Positions 23,961 through 35,980 are shown, numbered from the stretch's first letter. The stretch is DNA of 64,000 bases from an uncultured Actinomycetota bacterium (GCA_963713245.1 CAVQKZ010000004.1:13223-77222), one strand, 5' to 3'. Numbers and translations are program-made. The notes: generated from the sequence alone by a model not told the origin.

Positions 23961-25490
23961 GGGGCGCGCTGCTGGTCGCGGGCACCACGTCCGATGCGGG
24001 CAAGAGCGTGCTGACCGCGGGCATCTGCCGCTGGCTGGCTCGCAACGGGGTGCGGGTCGCGCCGTTCAAGGCCCAGAACATGGCCCTCAACTCGTTCGTC
24101 ACCTCGTCCGGTGCGGAGATCGGCCGGGCCCAGGCCATGCAGGCCGCGGCCTGCGGCATCGAGCCCGAAGCGGCGATGAACCCGGTGCTGCTCAAGCCCG
24201 GCAGCGAGACCCATTCCCAGGTCGTCGTGCTCGGCAAGGCGGTGGCCGAGGTCGGGGCGCTGGACTACCGCGACCTCAAGCCCGAGCTGGAACAGGTGGT
24301 GGCCCGATCCCTGGCCGAGCTGCGGTCCCGGTTCGACGTGGTCGTCTGCGAGGGCGCGGGCAGCCCGGCCGAGATCAACCTGCGCGACCGCGACCTGGCC
24401 AACATGGGCCTGGCCCGGGCCGCGAACCTGCCGGTGATCGTGGTCGGCGACATCGACCGCGGCGGGGTGTTCGCGTCGATGTTCGGGACGCTGGCCGTGC
24501 TCTCGCCCGAGGACCAGCGCCTCGTCGCCGGGTTCGTGATCAACAAGTTCCGCGGCGACGCCCGGCTGCTCGAACCGGGGCTGCGGATGCTCGCCGACCT
24601 GACCGGCCGGCCGATGCTCGGCGTGCTGCCGTGGCGGGGCGACCTGTGGCTGGACGCCGAGGACTCGCTCGACCTGGAGTCGCGGCCGCGGTCGGCGCTG
24701 CCGCCGCTCGGCGCCGAGACGCTGCGGATCGCCGCCGTGCGGCTGCCCCGGCTGTCGAACGTCACCGACCTCGACCCGCTGTCGGCCGAGCCTGGGGTGG
24801 TGGTGCGGCTGGCCGACCGGCCCGAGGAGCTGGCCGACGCGGATCTGGTCATCGTGCCGGGGACGCGGGCCACGGTCAGCGACCTGGCCTGGCTGCGCGA
24901 CACCGGGCTGGCCGCGGCCATCGCCGAACGGGCCGCGGCCGGCCGGCCCGTCCTCGGCATCTGCGGTGGCTACCAGATGCTGGCCGAACGCATCGTCGAT
25001 GACGTCGAGAGCCGGCAGGGTGCGGTCGACGGGCTGGGCCTGTTGCCGGCGTCGGTGGTGTTCGGGCGGGAGAAGACGCTCGGCCGGCCCCGTGGTGCTG
25101 CGCTCGGGGCGGACGTCCTCGGCTATCAGATCCACCACGGCGTCGTCACGGCTGACGGCGGCGACGAGTTCCTGGGTGGCTGCGCGGTCGGGGCGGTGCG
25201 GGGCACGACGTGGCACGGCATCTTCGACAACGACGAGTTCCGCCGGGCGTTCCTGCGCGACCTGGCCGCGCGCACCGGGCGGCGACTTCGTCGGGGCCGA
25301 CGACGTCAGCTTCGCCGCGGTGCGGGAGCGGCGTCTCGACCTGCTCGGCGATCTCGTGGCCGAGCACCTGGACACGGACGCGTTGACCCGGCTGATCACG
25401 GCGGCGCCCCGGCCGGGCCTGCCGACGGTCCGCTCGCGCGTTGGAGCGCTGAGTCAGCGGTCCTCGAGATCGCCCTCGGTGTCGAGGTAG
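23957..25490 (+). pseudogene. cobQ: cobyric acid synthase, one frame break near the 3' end as assembled
   Basis: ATG 23957 overlaps the cbiB stop (ATGA). Sequence: [27 protein letters not shown]...[10 protein letters not shown]...ICGGYQML...HHG. After ...RDLAARTGR the conserved C-terminus [34 protein letters not shown] continues in the frame of ORF 24966..25490. The break is at about 25281. The exact 3' end is uncertain. Confidence 0.85.
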
Positions 25491-28400
25491 ACCTGGCGCA
25501 GCGCGGCGAGCGTCTCGGGGTCGGGGGAGTCCCAGAGCTTGCGGTCGGCCGCTTCGAGCAGCCGCTCGGTGATGCCGTGCAGGGCCCACGGGTTCGACCG
25601 CTCGAAGAACTCGCGGGTGTCGGCGGCGAGGACGTAGGACTGCGTCAACTGCTCGTACATCCAGTCGTGGACCACGCCCGCGGTGGCGTCGTAGCCGAAC
25701 AGGTAGTCGACGGTGGCCGCGAGCTCGAACGCGCCCTTGTAGCCGTGCCGCTTCATGGCGTCGATCCACCGCGGGTTGACGACCCGGGCCCGGAAGACCC
25801 GGGCCGTCTCCTCCTCGAGCGAGCGGGTGCGCACGGTGTCGGGGCGGGTCGAGTCGCCGATGTAGGCCCGCGGCGAGTTGCCGGTCAATGCCCGGACGGT
25901 GGCGATCATCCCGCCGTGGTACTGGAAGTAGTCGTCGGAGTCGGCGATGTCGTGCTCGAGCGTGTCGGTGTTGTGCGCGGCCACGGCGATGCGCCGGTAC
26001 GTGCGTCTCCATGTCGGCCCGGGCCTCCCGGCCGTCCAGGCCGCGGCCGTAGGCGAAGCCGCCCCAGGCCGCGTAGACCTCGGCCAGGTCGGCGTCGTCG
26101 CGCCAGTTGCGGGCGTCGATCAGCGGCAGCAGTCCGGCGCCGTACGCGCCGGGCTTGGAGCCGAAGATGCGGGTGGTGGCCCGGCGCCGGTCGCCGTGCG
26201 CGGCGAGGTCCGCCGCCAGGTGGGCCCGGACGAAGTTCTGCTCGGGCGGCTCGTCGAGTGCGGCGACAAGTTGGACGGCGTCGTCGAGCATGGTGACCAC
26301 GTGCGGGAACGCGTCGCGGAAGAAGCCGCTGATGCGCACGGTGACGTCGATGCGGGGCCGGCCGAGGTCCGCCAGGCCGATCACGTCCAGGGCACTGAGC
26401 CGGCGCGAGGCCTCGTCCCAGACCGGACGCACGCCGAGCAGGGCGAAGATCTCGGCGATGTCGTCGCCCGAGGTGCGCATGGCCGCGGTGCCCCAGATCG
26501 ACAGCCCGACCGACTCGGGATAGCCGCCGGTGTCGGTGCGGTAGCGCTCGAGCAGCGAGTCGGCCATGGCCTGGCCGGTCTCCCAGGCCAGCCGGGACGG
26601 GATGGCCCGCGGGTCGACCGAGTAGAAGTTGCGACCGGTGGGCAGGACGTTGACCAGGCCGCGCAGGGGCGAACCGCTCGGCCCGGCCGGCACGTATCCG
26701 CCGTCGAGGGCATGCAGGGTGTGGGCCAGCTCGTCGGTGGTGCGGGCCAGCCGCGGCACGACCTCGGTGGCCGCGAACTCCAGGACCCGGGCGACGTCGT
26801 CGTTCGGGCCGTCGAGCTGGTCGCAGCACGATGTCGGTAACGGCGGTTGCATCCCAGTCGGCCGCCTCCATGGCCTCGACCAGGGCCCGGGCCTCGGCTT
26901 CCACCTCGTCGGTGCTGTCCCGGTCCCTCGGAGCGTTCGACGTGGCCGAGGGCCTCGCGCAGTCCGGGCAGGGCCTGGGTCTGGCCGGCCCACATCTGCC
27001 GGGCCCGCAGGATGGCCAGCACCAGGCTGACCCGCGCCGCACCGGTCGGGGCCTGGCCCAGGACGTGCAGGCCGTCGCGGATCTGGGCGTCCTTGATCTC
27101 GCACAGCCAGCCGTCGACGTGCAGGACGAACTCGTCGAACTCGGCGTCGTGCGGCCGGTCGTCCAGGCCGAGGTCGTGGTCGAGTTTGGCCGCCTGGATG
27201 AGCGTCCAGATCTGGGCCCGGACCGCGGGCAGCTTGGCCGGGTCCATCGAGGCGATCTGGGCGTGCTCGTCGAGCAACTGCTCCAGCCGGGCGATGTCGC
27301 CGTAGCTCTCGGCCCGGGCCATCGGCGGCACCAGGTGGTCGACCAGCGTGGCGTGCACGCGGCGCTTGGCCTGGGTGCCCTCGCCCGGGTCGTTGACCAG
27401 GAACGGGTAGACCAGCGGCAGGTCGCCGATCGCGGCGTCGGCCGCGCACGATGCCGACATGCCCGCCGTCTTGCCCGGCAGCCACTCCAGGTTGCCGTGC
27501 TTGCCCACGTGCACCATGGCGTGCGCGCCGAACTCCTCCCGGAGCCAGCGGTACGCGGCCAGGTAGTGGTGGCTGGGGGGCAGGTCGGGGTCGTGGTAGA
27601 TCGCGACGGGCTGGGCGCCGAAGCCGCGCGGCGGCTGCACCATGACCACCACGTTGCCGGCCCGCAGCGCGGCCAGCACGATCTCGCCGCCCGGGTCGCG
27701 GGAGCGGTCGACGAACAGCTCGCCCGGCGGCGGCCCCCACTTCTCGGCCACGGCGTCGCGCAGCTCGGCGGTCGAGCCCGTCGAACCACCGCCGATACGT
27801 CGGCCGCGGCGATGCGCACCGGGTTGCCGGCCAGCTGGGCCTCGGTCAGCCACTGCTCGTCCTGCCCGCCGGCCGCGATCAGGGCGTGGATCAGGGCGTC
27901 GCCGTCCTGCGCGCTGACTCCGGGCAGCTCGCCGTCGGCGCCGATGTCGTAGCCGGCGTCGCGCAGCGCGGCCAGCAGGCGCACGGTCGACGCCGGGGTG
28001 TCGAGGCCGACCGCGTTGCCGATGCGGGCGTGCTTGGTCGGATAGGCCGACAGCATGACGACGATGCGCCGCTGCGCCGGCGGGACGTGGCGCAGCCGGG
28101 CGTGGTTCACCGCGATGCCGGCCACCCGGGCCGCGCGCTCGGGGTCGGCCACGTAGGAGGTCAGCCCGTCCGGGCCGATCTCCTTGAACGAGAACGGGAC
28201 GGTGATGAGCCGGCCGTCGAACTCCGGGATGGCGACCTGGGTGGCCGAGTCGAGCGGGCTCAGCCCGTCGTCGCTGTCGCTCCACTGCGCCCGCGACGAG
28301 GTCAGGCACAGGCCCTGCAGGATCGGCACGTCGAGCTGGGCCAGCGCGCCGACGTCCCACTCCTCGTCGTTGCCGCCCGCCCCGGCCGCGGCCGGCAGCG

Positions 28401-29083
28401 AGCCGCCGGAGGCCAGCACGGTGACCACGATCGCGTCGGCGGCCCGCAGCGTCTCGACGAGCTCGGCGTCGGCCGTGCGCAGCGACGAGCAGAACAGCGG
28501 CAGGGCCGTGCCCCGGCGGCCTCGATCGCGTCGGCCAGCGCGTGCACGAAGCCGGTGTTGCCGGCGGCCTGGTGGGCCCGGTAGTACAGCACGGCCACGG
28601 TCGGCGCCCGCCGGTCCGTCGGCCGGCGTCGGCCGGCCGTCAGCGGCGGTCGCGGCCGGGCGGTCGAGGCGGCCCCACGTCGGCATCGGCGCCGGCGGGT
28701 CGAACCCCAAGCCGGTCAGCAGCAGCGCGTCGGACAGGAAGTTGTGCAGCTGGGCCAGGTTGGCCGGGCCGCCCTGGGCCAGGTAGGCGTGGGCCTCCGC
28801 GACCACCCCGCCCGGGACCGTCGACAGCTCCATGAGCTCGGCGTCGGGCGTCTGCTCGCCGCCGAGCACCAGCACCGGCAGGCCGCTGGCCAGGACGGCG
28901 TCGAGGCCGTCCGCCCAGGCCCGGCGGCCGCCGAGGATGCGGACGATCACGATGTCGGCGCCGGCCAGCAGGGGCGCCACCTCGTCGGCAGTCGAGCCGG
29001 GCCGGGTTGGCCAGCCGGTAGTCGGCCCCGCTGGCCCGGGCCGAGAGCAGGTCGGTGTCCGAGGTGGACAGCAGGGCGATCAA
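25454..29083 (-). pseudogene. cobN: cobaltochelatase large subunit CobN, about 8 frame disruptions as assembled
   Basis: The start is TTG 29083, after GAGGAG (MIALLSTSDTDLLSARASGADYRLANPARL). Conserved CobN sequence then hops between all three frames (ORFs 28640..29083, 25906..28980, 28302..28598, 26381..28360, 25146..27740, 25454..25984). Breaks are at about 28995, 28600, 28505, 27805, 27775, 26925, 26828 and 26008. It ends ...[14 protein letters not shown]. Confidence 0.9.
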
Positions 29084-29186
29084 CAGTGCTCCTCACCCGT
29101 TGCCGTCTGGTCGTTCGTAGCCTCGCACATGGGCAGCGGCCGCGAGCAGCCCGGGAGCGGCGGCCCGGTCCCGTACGATCCGCCTC

Positions 29187-30332
29187 GTGCAGCCGGTCGA
29201 GTCCAGGGGACGGGACCGGGACGACCGTTGTCCCGGCGTCGTCTGGCTCATCGTCGCCGCGGACGGGCGGCTGGCCCGGGTCCGGCTCCCGGGCGGCTTC
29301 GTCACCGCGGCCGGGCTGCGCGCCCTCGCGGCCGCGGCGGTCGAGCTCGGGGACGGGCGGTTGGAGCTGACGTCGCGGGGCAACGTCCAGCTCCGCGGGC
29401 TGGCCCCTGATGCCGGGACGGAGCTCGGCGAGCGGTTGCACGCCGCCGGCCTGTGGCCGTCGCAGTCCCACGAACTCGTCCGCAACATCGTCGCGTCGCC
29501 GCTGGCCGGGATCGACGGCGGCGCCGACCTGAGCGCGGTCGTGGCTGAGCTGGACCGGCAGTTGTGCGCCGACCCGCGGATGGCCGAACTGTCCGGGCGG
29601 TTCCTGTTCGCCATCGACGACGGGCGCGGCGACGTGGCCGGCCTCGGCGCGGACGTGCTCGCGGTCGTGGGTGGCGACGGGGCCCGGGTCGAAGGCGTGG
29701 CCACGACCGGGGCCGACGTCCCGGCCCTGATGCTGCGGTTCGCGGCCGCGTTCCTGGACGAGCGCGCGGCCCAGCACTCGCGGGCGTGGCGTGTGGCCGA
29801 ACTCGCCGACGGCCGGCCGCGGGTGCGAGCCCGCCTCGGCTGGCCCGCGTCCCAGCCGGACTCGCCGTCGAGCGGCCCGTTGCCGGTCGGGCCGATACGC
29901 CAGGCCGACGGCCGGGCGGCGCTCGTCGTCGCGCCTCGGCTGGGCCGGCTCACCCACGAGCAGGCGCTCTGGGTCGCCGGCCAGCTCGGTGCGCGTCCGG
30001 CCCGGATCACGCCGTGGCGCAGTGTGGTCCTGCCCGACGTCGCCGACGCCGACGCGACTGCTGAAGCCGCCGCTGCCGTCGGCCTGGAGTGCCGGCCCGA
30101 CTCGCCGTGGTCGCTGGTCAGCGCGTGCGCCGGCCGGCCCCGCTGCGCCGGCGCCCTGGCCGACGTGCAGCGCGACGCCGGCCTGGCCGTCGAGCGCTGG
30201 CCCGGCCGGCGGGTGCACTGGAGCGGATGCGACCGGCACTGCGGGCGGCCGGCCGGCACCGAAATCGACGTGGTCGCGACGGCCGAGGGCTATCGCGTGC
30301 TCGGGGCCGAGCGGAGCGCCGTCCGTGCTTGA
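29187..30332 (+). CDS. cobG: precorrin-3B synthase (aerobic-pathway marker)
   Basis: 381 aa from GTG 29187: ...[36 protein letters not shown]...[14 protein letters not shown]...[13 protein letters not shown]...[10 protein letters not shown]. This is sulfite/nitrite-reductase-like. Confidence 0.85.
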   Translation: MQPVESRGRDRDDRCPGVVWLIVAADGRLARVRLPGGFVTAAGLRALAAAAVELGDGRLELTSRGNVQLRGLAPDAGTELGERLHAAGLWPSQSHELVRNIVASPLAGIDGGADLSAVVAELDRQLCADPRMAELSGRFLFAIDDGRGDVAGLGADVLAVVGGDGARVEGVATTGADVPALMLRFAAAFLDERAAQHSRAWRVAELADGRPRVRARLGWPASQPDSPSSGPLPVGPIRQADGRAALVVAPRLGRLTHEQALWVAGQLGARPARITPWRSVVLPDVADADATAEAAAAVGLECRPDSPWSLVSACAGRPRCAGALADVQRDAGLAVERWPGRRVHWSGCDRHCGRPAGTEIDVVATAEGYRVLGAERSAVRA

Positions 30333-30945
30333 GTACGTCCGCGACGGCCGGGAGATCTACCGCCGCTCGTTCGCCACGATCCGGGCCGAGGCCGACCTGA
30401 CCCGGTTCCCGGACGACGTCGCCCGCGTCGTCGTCCGGATGATCCACGCCTGCGGCATGGTCGACCTGACCGAATCGGTCGACTACTCGCCGGGCGTCGT
30501 CGCGGCCGCCCGCAAAGCGCTCGACGACGGCGCCCCGATCCTCTGCGACGCCAACATGGTCGCGTCCGGGATCACCCGGCCGCGGCTGCCGGCCGGCAAC
30601 GAGGTCGTCTGCACGCTGTCCGACCCGACGGTCGCCGGCATCGCCGGGCGCATCGGCAACACCCGCTCGGCCGCGGCGCTCGAGCTGTGGCTGGACCGGC
30701 TGGACGGCGCGGTCGTCGCGATCGGCAACGCACCGACCGCGCTGTTCCGGCTGCTCGAACTGGTCGCCGACGGCGCACCGCGGCCGGCCGCCGTCATCGG
30801 GGTGCCGGTCGGCTTCATCGGCGCGGCCGAGTCCAAGCAGGCCCTGGCCGAGAGCAATCTGGAGTACCTCGTCGTCCACGGTCGCCGCGGCGGCAGCGCG
30901 CTCGCCGTCTCGGCCGTCAACGCGATCGCGAGCGACGAGGAATGA
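30325..30945 (+). CDS. cobH: precorrin-8X methylmutase
   Basis: From GTG 30325 (within ORF 29791..30945): [25 protein letters not shown]...[11 protein letters not shown]...ILCDANMV...[16 protein letters not shown]...[14 protein letters not shown]. Confidence 0.9.
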   Translation: MLEYVRDGREIYRRSFATIRAEADLTRFPDDVARVVVRMIHACGMVDLTESVDYSPGVVAAARKALDDGAPILCDANMVASGITRPRLPAGNEVVCTLSDPTVAGIAGRIGNTRSAAALELWLDRLDGAVVAIGNAPTALFRLLELVADGAPRPAAVIGVPVGFIGAAESKQALAESNLEYLVVHGRRGGSALAVSAVNAIASDEE

Positions 30946-32465
30946 GCGGCGAGGCGCGCCGGGGGATCCTGTACGGGGTCGGGCTCGGGCCAGGCGACCC
31001 CGAGTTGGTGACGGTCAAGGCCGCCCGCCTGGTGGCCGCAGCTGACGTCGTGGCCTACCACTCGGCCCGGCACGGGCGCTCGATCGCCCGGGCCATCGCC
31101 GAGCCGTACCTGCGCGCCGGCCAGGTCGAGGAGCAACTCGTCTACCCGGTCACGACCGAGACGACCGACCATCCTGGCGGGTACGAGGGCGCGATCGCCG
31201 AGTTCTACGAGGCCGCGGCGCAACGGCTGATGACCCACCTGCGGGCCGGGCGCGACGTCGTCCTGCTGGCCGAGGGCGATCCGCTGTTCTTCAGCAGTTA
31301 CATGCACATGCACAAGCGGATCTCGTCGCAGTTCGAGACGCACATCGTCCCGGGGATCACGTCGGTCAGTGCCGCGTCGGCCGCCATCGCCACCCCGCTG
31401 GTCGAGGGCGACGACGTGCTCACGGTGCTGCCCGGCACCCTGCCGCCGGCCGAGCTGGCCGAGCGGCTGCGGACCACGAACGCGGCCGCGATCATGAAGG
31501 TCAGCCGGCACTTCGCCGGCATCCAGGACGCGCTCAAGCAGGCCGGCCGGCTCGACGACGCGTACTACATCGAGCGGGCGTCGGCCGCTGACCAGCGGGT
31601 CGAGCCGGTCGCGAACGTCGACCCGAACTCGGTGCCGTACATGGCCGTCGTGATCGTCCCCGGCGTCGAGGCGGCCGCACCCCCCGAGTCCGAGCTGATC
31701 GCCGCAGCGACAACCGGACGGGTCGACGTGGTCGGGCTCGGGCCCGGCGGCCGCGACTGGCTGACCCCGCAGGCCCAGGCCGTCCTGGCCGCGGCCGACC
31801 ACCTGGTCGGCTACGGGCCGTACCTCGACCGGGTCGCGCCCAACCCGCGCCAGCACCGGCACCCCAGTGACAACCGGGTCGAGTCCGAGCGGGCCGAATT
31901 CGCACTCGACCTGGCCCGCCGCGGGGCCCGGGTGGCGGTGGTGTCCTCCGGCGACCCCGGTGTGTTCGCCATGGCCAGCGCCGTGGTCGAGGTCGCGGCC
32001 GAGCCCCGCTACGCCGACGTGCCGGTCACGGTCGTGCCCGGGCTCACCGCCGCGCAGGCGGTGGCCAGCACGGTCGGCGCCCCGCTCGGGCACGACTTCG
32101 CGGTGATCTCGCTGTCGGACCGGCTCAAGCCCTGGGACGTGGTGGCCGAGCGCCTCGACGCCGCCGCGCAGGCCGACCTCGTCATCGCGATCTACAACCC
32201 GGCCTCCAAATCCCGTCGGACCCAGGTCGCCGACGCCCGCGAGGTGCTGCTGCGGCATCGCGGTCCGCACACGCCGGTGGTGATCGGGCGGGCCGTCGGC
32301 AGCGCCGACCAGCAGGTTACGGTGACGACGCTGGGCGAGTTCGACCCCGAGGTGATCGACATGCGCTGCCTGCTCATCGTCGGCTCGTCCCAGACGAGGA
32401 CGGTCGCCGGCCCGGGTGGTACGACCCGGGTGTTCACGCCCCGGCGCTACCCGGCCGGCAGCTGA
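30942..32465 (+). CDS. cobIJ: fused precorrin-2 C20-methyltransferase / precorrin-3B C17-methyltransferase
   Basis: ATG 30942 overlaps the cobH stop (ATGA). There are two tetrapyrrole methylase modules: [22 protein letters not shown]... and [18 protein letters not shown]...[13 protein letters not shown]. Confidence 0.9.
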   Translation: MSGEARRGILYGVGLGPGDPELVTVKAARLVAAADVVAYHSARHGRSIARAIAEPYLRAGQVEEQLVYPVTTETTDHPGGYEGAIAEFYEAAAQRLMTHLRAGRDVVLLAEGDPLFFSSYMHMHKRISSQFETHIVPGITSVSAASAAIATPLVEGDDVLTVLPGTLPPAELAERLRTTNAAAIMKVSRHFAGIQDALKQAGRLDDAYYIERASAADQRVEPVANVDPNSVPYMAVVIVPGVEAAAPPESELIAAATTGRVDVVGLGPGGRDWLTPQAQAVLAAADHLVGYGPYLDRVAPNPRQHRHPSDNRVESERAEFALDLARRGARVAVVSSGDPGVFAMASAVVEVAAEPRYADVPVTVVPGLTAAQAVASTVGAPLGHDFAVISLSDRLKPWDVVAERLDAAAQADLVIAIYNPASKSRRTQVADAREVLLRHRGPHTPVVIGRAVGSADQQVTVTTLGEFDPEVIDMRCLLIVGSSQTRTVAGPGGTTRVFTPRRYPAGS

Positions 32466-33190
32466 GCCACCCAGGCCAGAGCTTCGGCCACGGTGCCGGC
32501 CACCGGCAGCCCGTCGGGCAGCGCCGGGCGCTCGACCAGCACGACCGGTAGGCCGATCGCCCGGGCGGCATCGAGCTTGGCCACGGTCAGCTCGCCGCCG
32601 CTGTCCTTGGTGACCAGCAGCCGCACCTCGTGGGTTGTCATCAGGTCGCGCTCGGCGTCGAGCCGGTACGGGCCGCGGTCCAGCAGCAGCGTCATCCGGG
32701 ACGGGGCCGGGCCCTGCGGCGGGTCGACCGTCCGGACCAGGTAGTGATGGCCGTCGTCGCCCGCGAACGCGGCCAGGTCGCGGCGCCCGGTGGTCAGGAA
32801 GATCGTGCCGGGCGAGGTCTCAGCTGCCGACCGGGCGGCCGCCGCGATGTCCGGCACCCGCGCCCAGCGGTCGCCCGGCCGCTGCGTCCAGGCCGGCCGG
32901 CGCAGCACGAGCAGCGGCAGGCCGGTGCCGGCCGCGACCGTCGCGGCATGGTCGGTGATCGTGGCCGCGAACGGGTGGGTGGCGTCGACGACGGCCGAGA
33001 TGCGCTCGGCGGCCACGTACGCCGCCAGCCCGGACGCCCCGCCGAAGCCGCCGACCCGGACCGCTCCCACCGGCAACGCCGGGTTGCTGACCCGGCCGGC
33101 CAGCGACGAGATCACATCGACGCCGCGTTCGGTCAGCCCCGCCGCGAGCGCGCGGGCCTCGGCCGTACCGCCGAGCAGGAGCACACGCAC
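32447..33190 (-). CDS. cobK: precorrin-6A reductase
   Basis: VRVLLLGGTAEARALAAGL...VDATHPFAA...TTGRRDLAAF...LVTKDSGG. The start is GTG 33190, with GTG 33196 or 33199 also possible. Its 3' end overlaps cobIJ convergently by 19 nt. Confidence 0.85.
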   Translation of the reverse strand: MRVLLLGGTAEARALAAGLTERGVDVISSLAGRVSNPALPVGAVRVGGFGGASGLAAYVAAERISAVVDATHPFAATITDHAATVAAGTGLPLLVLRRPAWTQRPGDRWARVPDIAAAARSAAETSPGTIFLTTGRRDLAAFAGDDGHHYLVRTVDPPQGPAPSRMTLLLDRGPYRLDAERDLMTTHEVRLLVTKDSGGELTVAKLDAARAIGLPVVLVERPALPDGLPVAGTVAEALAWVAQLPAG

Positions 33191-33248
33191 GTGCACGACA
33201 CTAGGGCGCGGGCGGAGCCGGCCCGCCGTCCGCACGGAAGGAACGACG

Positions 33249-34040
33249 ATGCGCGAGATCCTCGTGATCGGGATCGGCCCGGGCCACCCCGACCACGTGA
33301 CCGTCCAGGCCGTCGAGGCCCTCAACCGGGCCGAGGTCGTCTTCGTCGTCGACAAGGGTGACGAGAAGAGCGGCCTGCTGGCCCTGCGCGACGAGATCTG
33401 CCGCCGGCACATCCGCGACCAGTCCGGCTACCGGGTCGTCGCCATCCCGGAGCCACCGCGCGACCGGACGGCCGAGGACTACCAGCGGGCGGTCGAGGAC
33501 TGGCACGACAAGCGGGCCGCCCTGTTCGAGGCCGCCCTGCTCGACCACCTCGGCGACGACGGCGTGGGCGCGTTCCTGGTCTGGGGTGACCCGTCGCTGT
33601 ACGACAGCACGCTGCGCGTCATCGACCGCATCCTGGCCCGCGGCGCCGTGCCGTTCGAGTACCGCGTCATCCCGGGCATCACCAGCGTGCAGGTGCTGAC
33701 CGCGCAACACCGGCTGCCGCTGAACCGGATCGGCGAGCCGATCCACATCACCACCGGCCGGCGCATCGCCGACGCCGGCGGCCTGCCGGCCGGCCTGGAC
33801 AGCGCGGTCGTGATGCTCGACGCCGGGTTCGCCGCCGCCGATATCGACGACCCGCAACTGTCGGTCTACTGGGGCGCCTACCTGGGCTCGGCCGACGAGG
33901 TCCTGATCTCAGGCCGACTGGGCGACGTGGCCGAGCACATCGTCCGCACCAAGCAGGAACTGCGCGAGCGGCACGGCTGGATCATGGACACCTACCTGCT
34001 GCGTCGCGACGCTCAGGATCGCTCCCGCGCCACCGAGTAG
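33249..34040 (+). CDS. cobF: precorrin-6A synthase (deacetylating)
   Basis: ATG 33249 follows GGAAGGA. Sequence: MREILVIGIGPGHPDHVTVQAVEALNRAEVVFVVDKG...LVWGDPSLYDSTLRVI...VIPGITSVQVL. Confidence 0.9.
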   Translation: MREILVIGIGPGHPDHVTVQAVEALNRAEVVFVVDKGDEKSGLLALRDEICRRHIRDQSGYRVVAIPEPPRDRTAEDYQRAVEDWHDKRAALFEAALLDHLGDDGVGAFLVWGDPSLYDSTLRVIDRILARGAVPFEYRVIPGITSVQVLTAQHRLPLNRIGEPIHITTGRRIADAGGLPAGLDSAVVMLDAGFAAADIDDPQLSVYWGAYLGSADEVLISGRLGDVAEHIVRTKQELRERHGWIMDTYLLRRDAQDRSRATE

Positions 34041-34756
34041 AGGTGGCTGTCGGTGAATCCTTCGGCCGCGAGCACCGGGCCGACGACGATCACCGCGGTC
34101 CGGCGCACCCCGGCCGCCCGCACCGCCCCGGCGATGTCGTCCAGCCGGCCGCGGATGACCTGCTCGTTCGGGCGGCTGGCGTAGGCGACCACGGCCACCG
34201 GGCCGTCCGGGCCGTAGTGCGGCGTCAACTCGGCCACGATGCGGTCGATGTGCTGCACAGCCAGGTGCAGGACGAGCGTGGCGCCCGACGCACCCAGGGT
34301 GGCCAGGTCCTCGCCCGGCGGCATCGGGGTGGCCTCGTGGGCGATCCGGGTCAGGATCACGGTCTGCCCGATGCCGGGCACGGTCAGCTCGCGGCGCAGC
34401 ACAGCGGCGGCCGCGGCGAAGGCGGGCACGCCCGGGGTGATGTCGTAGGGCACCCCGGCCCGGTCGAGCCGGCGGCACTGCTCGGCGATGGCGCTGAACA
34501 CCGAGGGATCGCCCGAGCACAGCCGGACCACGTCCTGGCCGGCCTCATCCGCCGCAACCAGCTCGGCCACGATCTGGTCGAGGGTCAGCTCGGCCGTGTC
34601 GACCAGCCGGGTGCCGGGACGGCAGTGCTCGAGCACCTCGGCCGGCACCAGGCTGCCGGCGTACAGGCAGACCGCGCACTCCTGCAGCAGCCGCACGGCC
34701 CGCAGCGTCAGCAGATCGGGCGCGCCGGGGCCGGCCCCGACGAAGTGGATGGTCAC
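34013..34756 (-). CDS. cobM: precorrin-4 C11-methyltransferase
   Basis: GTG 34756 overlaps the true cobL stop (GTGA). Sequence: VTIHFVGAGPGAPDLLTLRAVRLLQECAVCLYAGSLVP...RLCSGDPSVFSAIAEQ...ITPGVPAFAAAAA. Confidence 0.9.
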   Translation of the reverse strand: MTIHFVGAGPGAPDLLTLRAVRLLQECAVCLYAGSLVPAEVLEHCRPGTRLVDTAELTLDQIVAELVAADEAGQDVVRLCSGDPSVFSAIAEQCRRLDRAGVPYDITPGVPAFAAAAAVLRRELTVPGIGQTVILTRIAHEATPMPPGEDLATLGASGATLVLHLAVQHIDRIVAELTPHYGPDGPVAVVAYASRPNEQVIRGRLDDIAGAVRAAGVRRTAVIVVGPVLAAEGFTDSHLYSVARERS

Positions 34757-35980
34757 GGCGTCTCCTTCAGCAGCGCCCACTGGGTGACCGGCAGCGCCGG
34801 ACGCCAGCCGGTGAAGCTGCCCACCGGCTCGGCTCGCTGGATCATGATCCGGGTCAGCGTCCCGCCCAGGCGGGCGTGCCAGCCGGCCAGCACGCGACTC
34901 GGTCTCGACCGTCACCGCGTTGGCCACCAACCGCCCGCCCGGGCGCAGCGCCTCGTGGCCGGCCTCGACGATCCCGGGCCCGCTGACCCCGCCGCCGACG
35001 AACACGGCATCCGGCGTCGGCAGCCCGGCCAGCGCCTCGGGCGCGGTCCCGGCCACGATCCGCAGCCCGGGCACGCCCAGCGCGCTCGCGTTGGCGGCGA
35101 TGCGGGCCAGCCGGTCGTCGCGGGACTCGACGGCGATCGCGCGTGACGCGGGATGGGTGCGCATCCACTCGATGCCGATGCTGCCCGAGCCCGCGCCCAC
35201 GTCCCACAGCAGTTCGCCCGGCACCGGCACCAGTGCGGCCAGCGTCAGGGCCCGGATCTCGCGCTTCGTGATTTGCCCGTCGTGATCGAACGCGTCGTCG
35301 GGCAGGCCCGGGGTGCGGGGCAGGGCGACGGTCGTGGGATCGGCCACGCACTCGATCGCGACGATGGCCAGCGGGTCGTGCTCGCCGCCGGCCGGGCCGA
35401 CCTGCTCGTGCGGGCCGCCCAGTTGGGCCAGCACGGTGACGGCACTGCCGCCGTAGCCGCGCCCGGCGAGCAGGGCCCGCACGGCATCGGCCCCGTCGGG
35501 GCGGCTCACCAGCACCAGGACCCGGCGGCCGGGCTGCACGAACGGGTGCACGCTCGCCAGCGGCCGCCCGACCGTGCTGACCACGTCGACGTCCTCCAGC
35601 GCCCAGCCCAGCCGGGCCGCGGCCAGCGAGACCGACGACGGGTGGACGTGGATGCGCACGGACTCCGGCCCGAGCAGCGCGATCAAGGTGGTGCCGATGC
35701 CGAAGAACATCGGGTCACCGCTGGCCAGCACCGCGACCCGGCTGCCGGCGTGCGAGCGCAGCCGGTCGGCCAGGTCGGGCCGCAGCGGGCTCGGCAGCGG
35801 CTCTCGCGCCGCCCGCACCGACCCGTCGAGCAGGTCGAGTTGGCGGGGCCCCCCGATCACGATCTCGGCCGCCCGCAGCACGGCCCGCGAGGCCTCGGCC
35901 AGCCCGGCCCACCCGTCGGCGCCGATCCCGACCACGTCGAGGCCGCCGCTCAAGGACTGGCGCAGCGCCTGATCCGACAC
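34753..35980 (-). pseudogene. cobL: precorrin-6Y C5,15-methyltransferase (decarboxylating), one frame break as assembled
   Basis: VVGIGADGWAGL...VLASGDPMFFGIG...ITKREIRALTLAAL...WDVGAGSGSIGIEW. After ...ANAVTVETES (about 34895) the canonical C-terminus VLAGWHARLGGTLTRIMIQRAEPVGSFTGWRPALPVTQWALLKETP-stop is in the +1 frame. In the given frame the ORF reads through into cobM, which produces the 655-aa track ORF. Confidence 0.85.

Noticed and set aside
22646-26296. 1216-aa plus-strand ORF
   Set aside because: It is a chimera. It runs through non-coding DNA upstream of cbiB, then out-of-frame cbiB, then the genuine cobQ frame (23957 onward), and then antisense cobN. Only the cobQ part has protein-like sequence. 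The rest is R/G/A/P-rich, as is typical of wrong frames in high-GC DNA.
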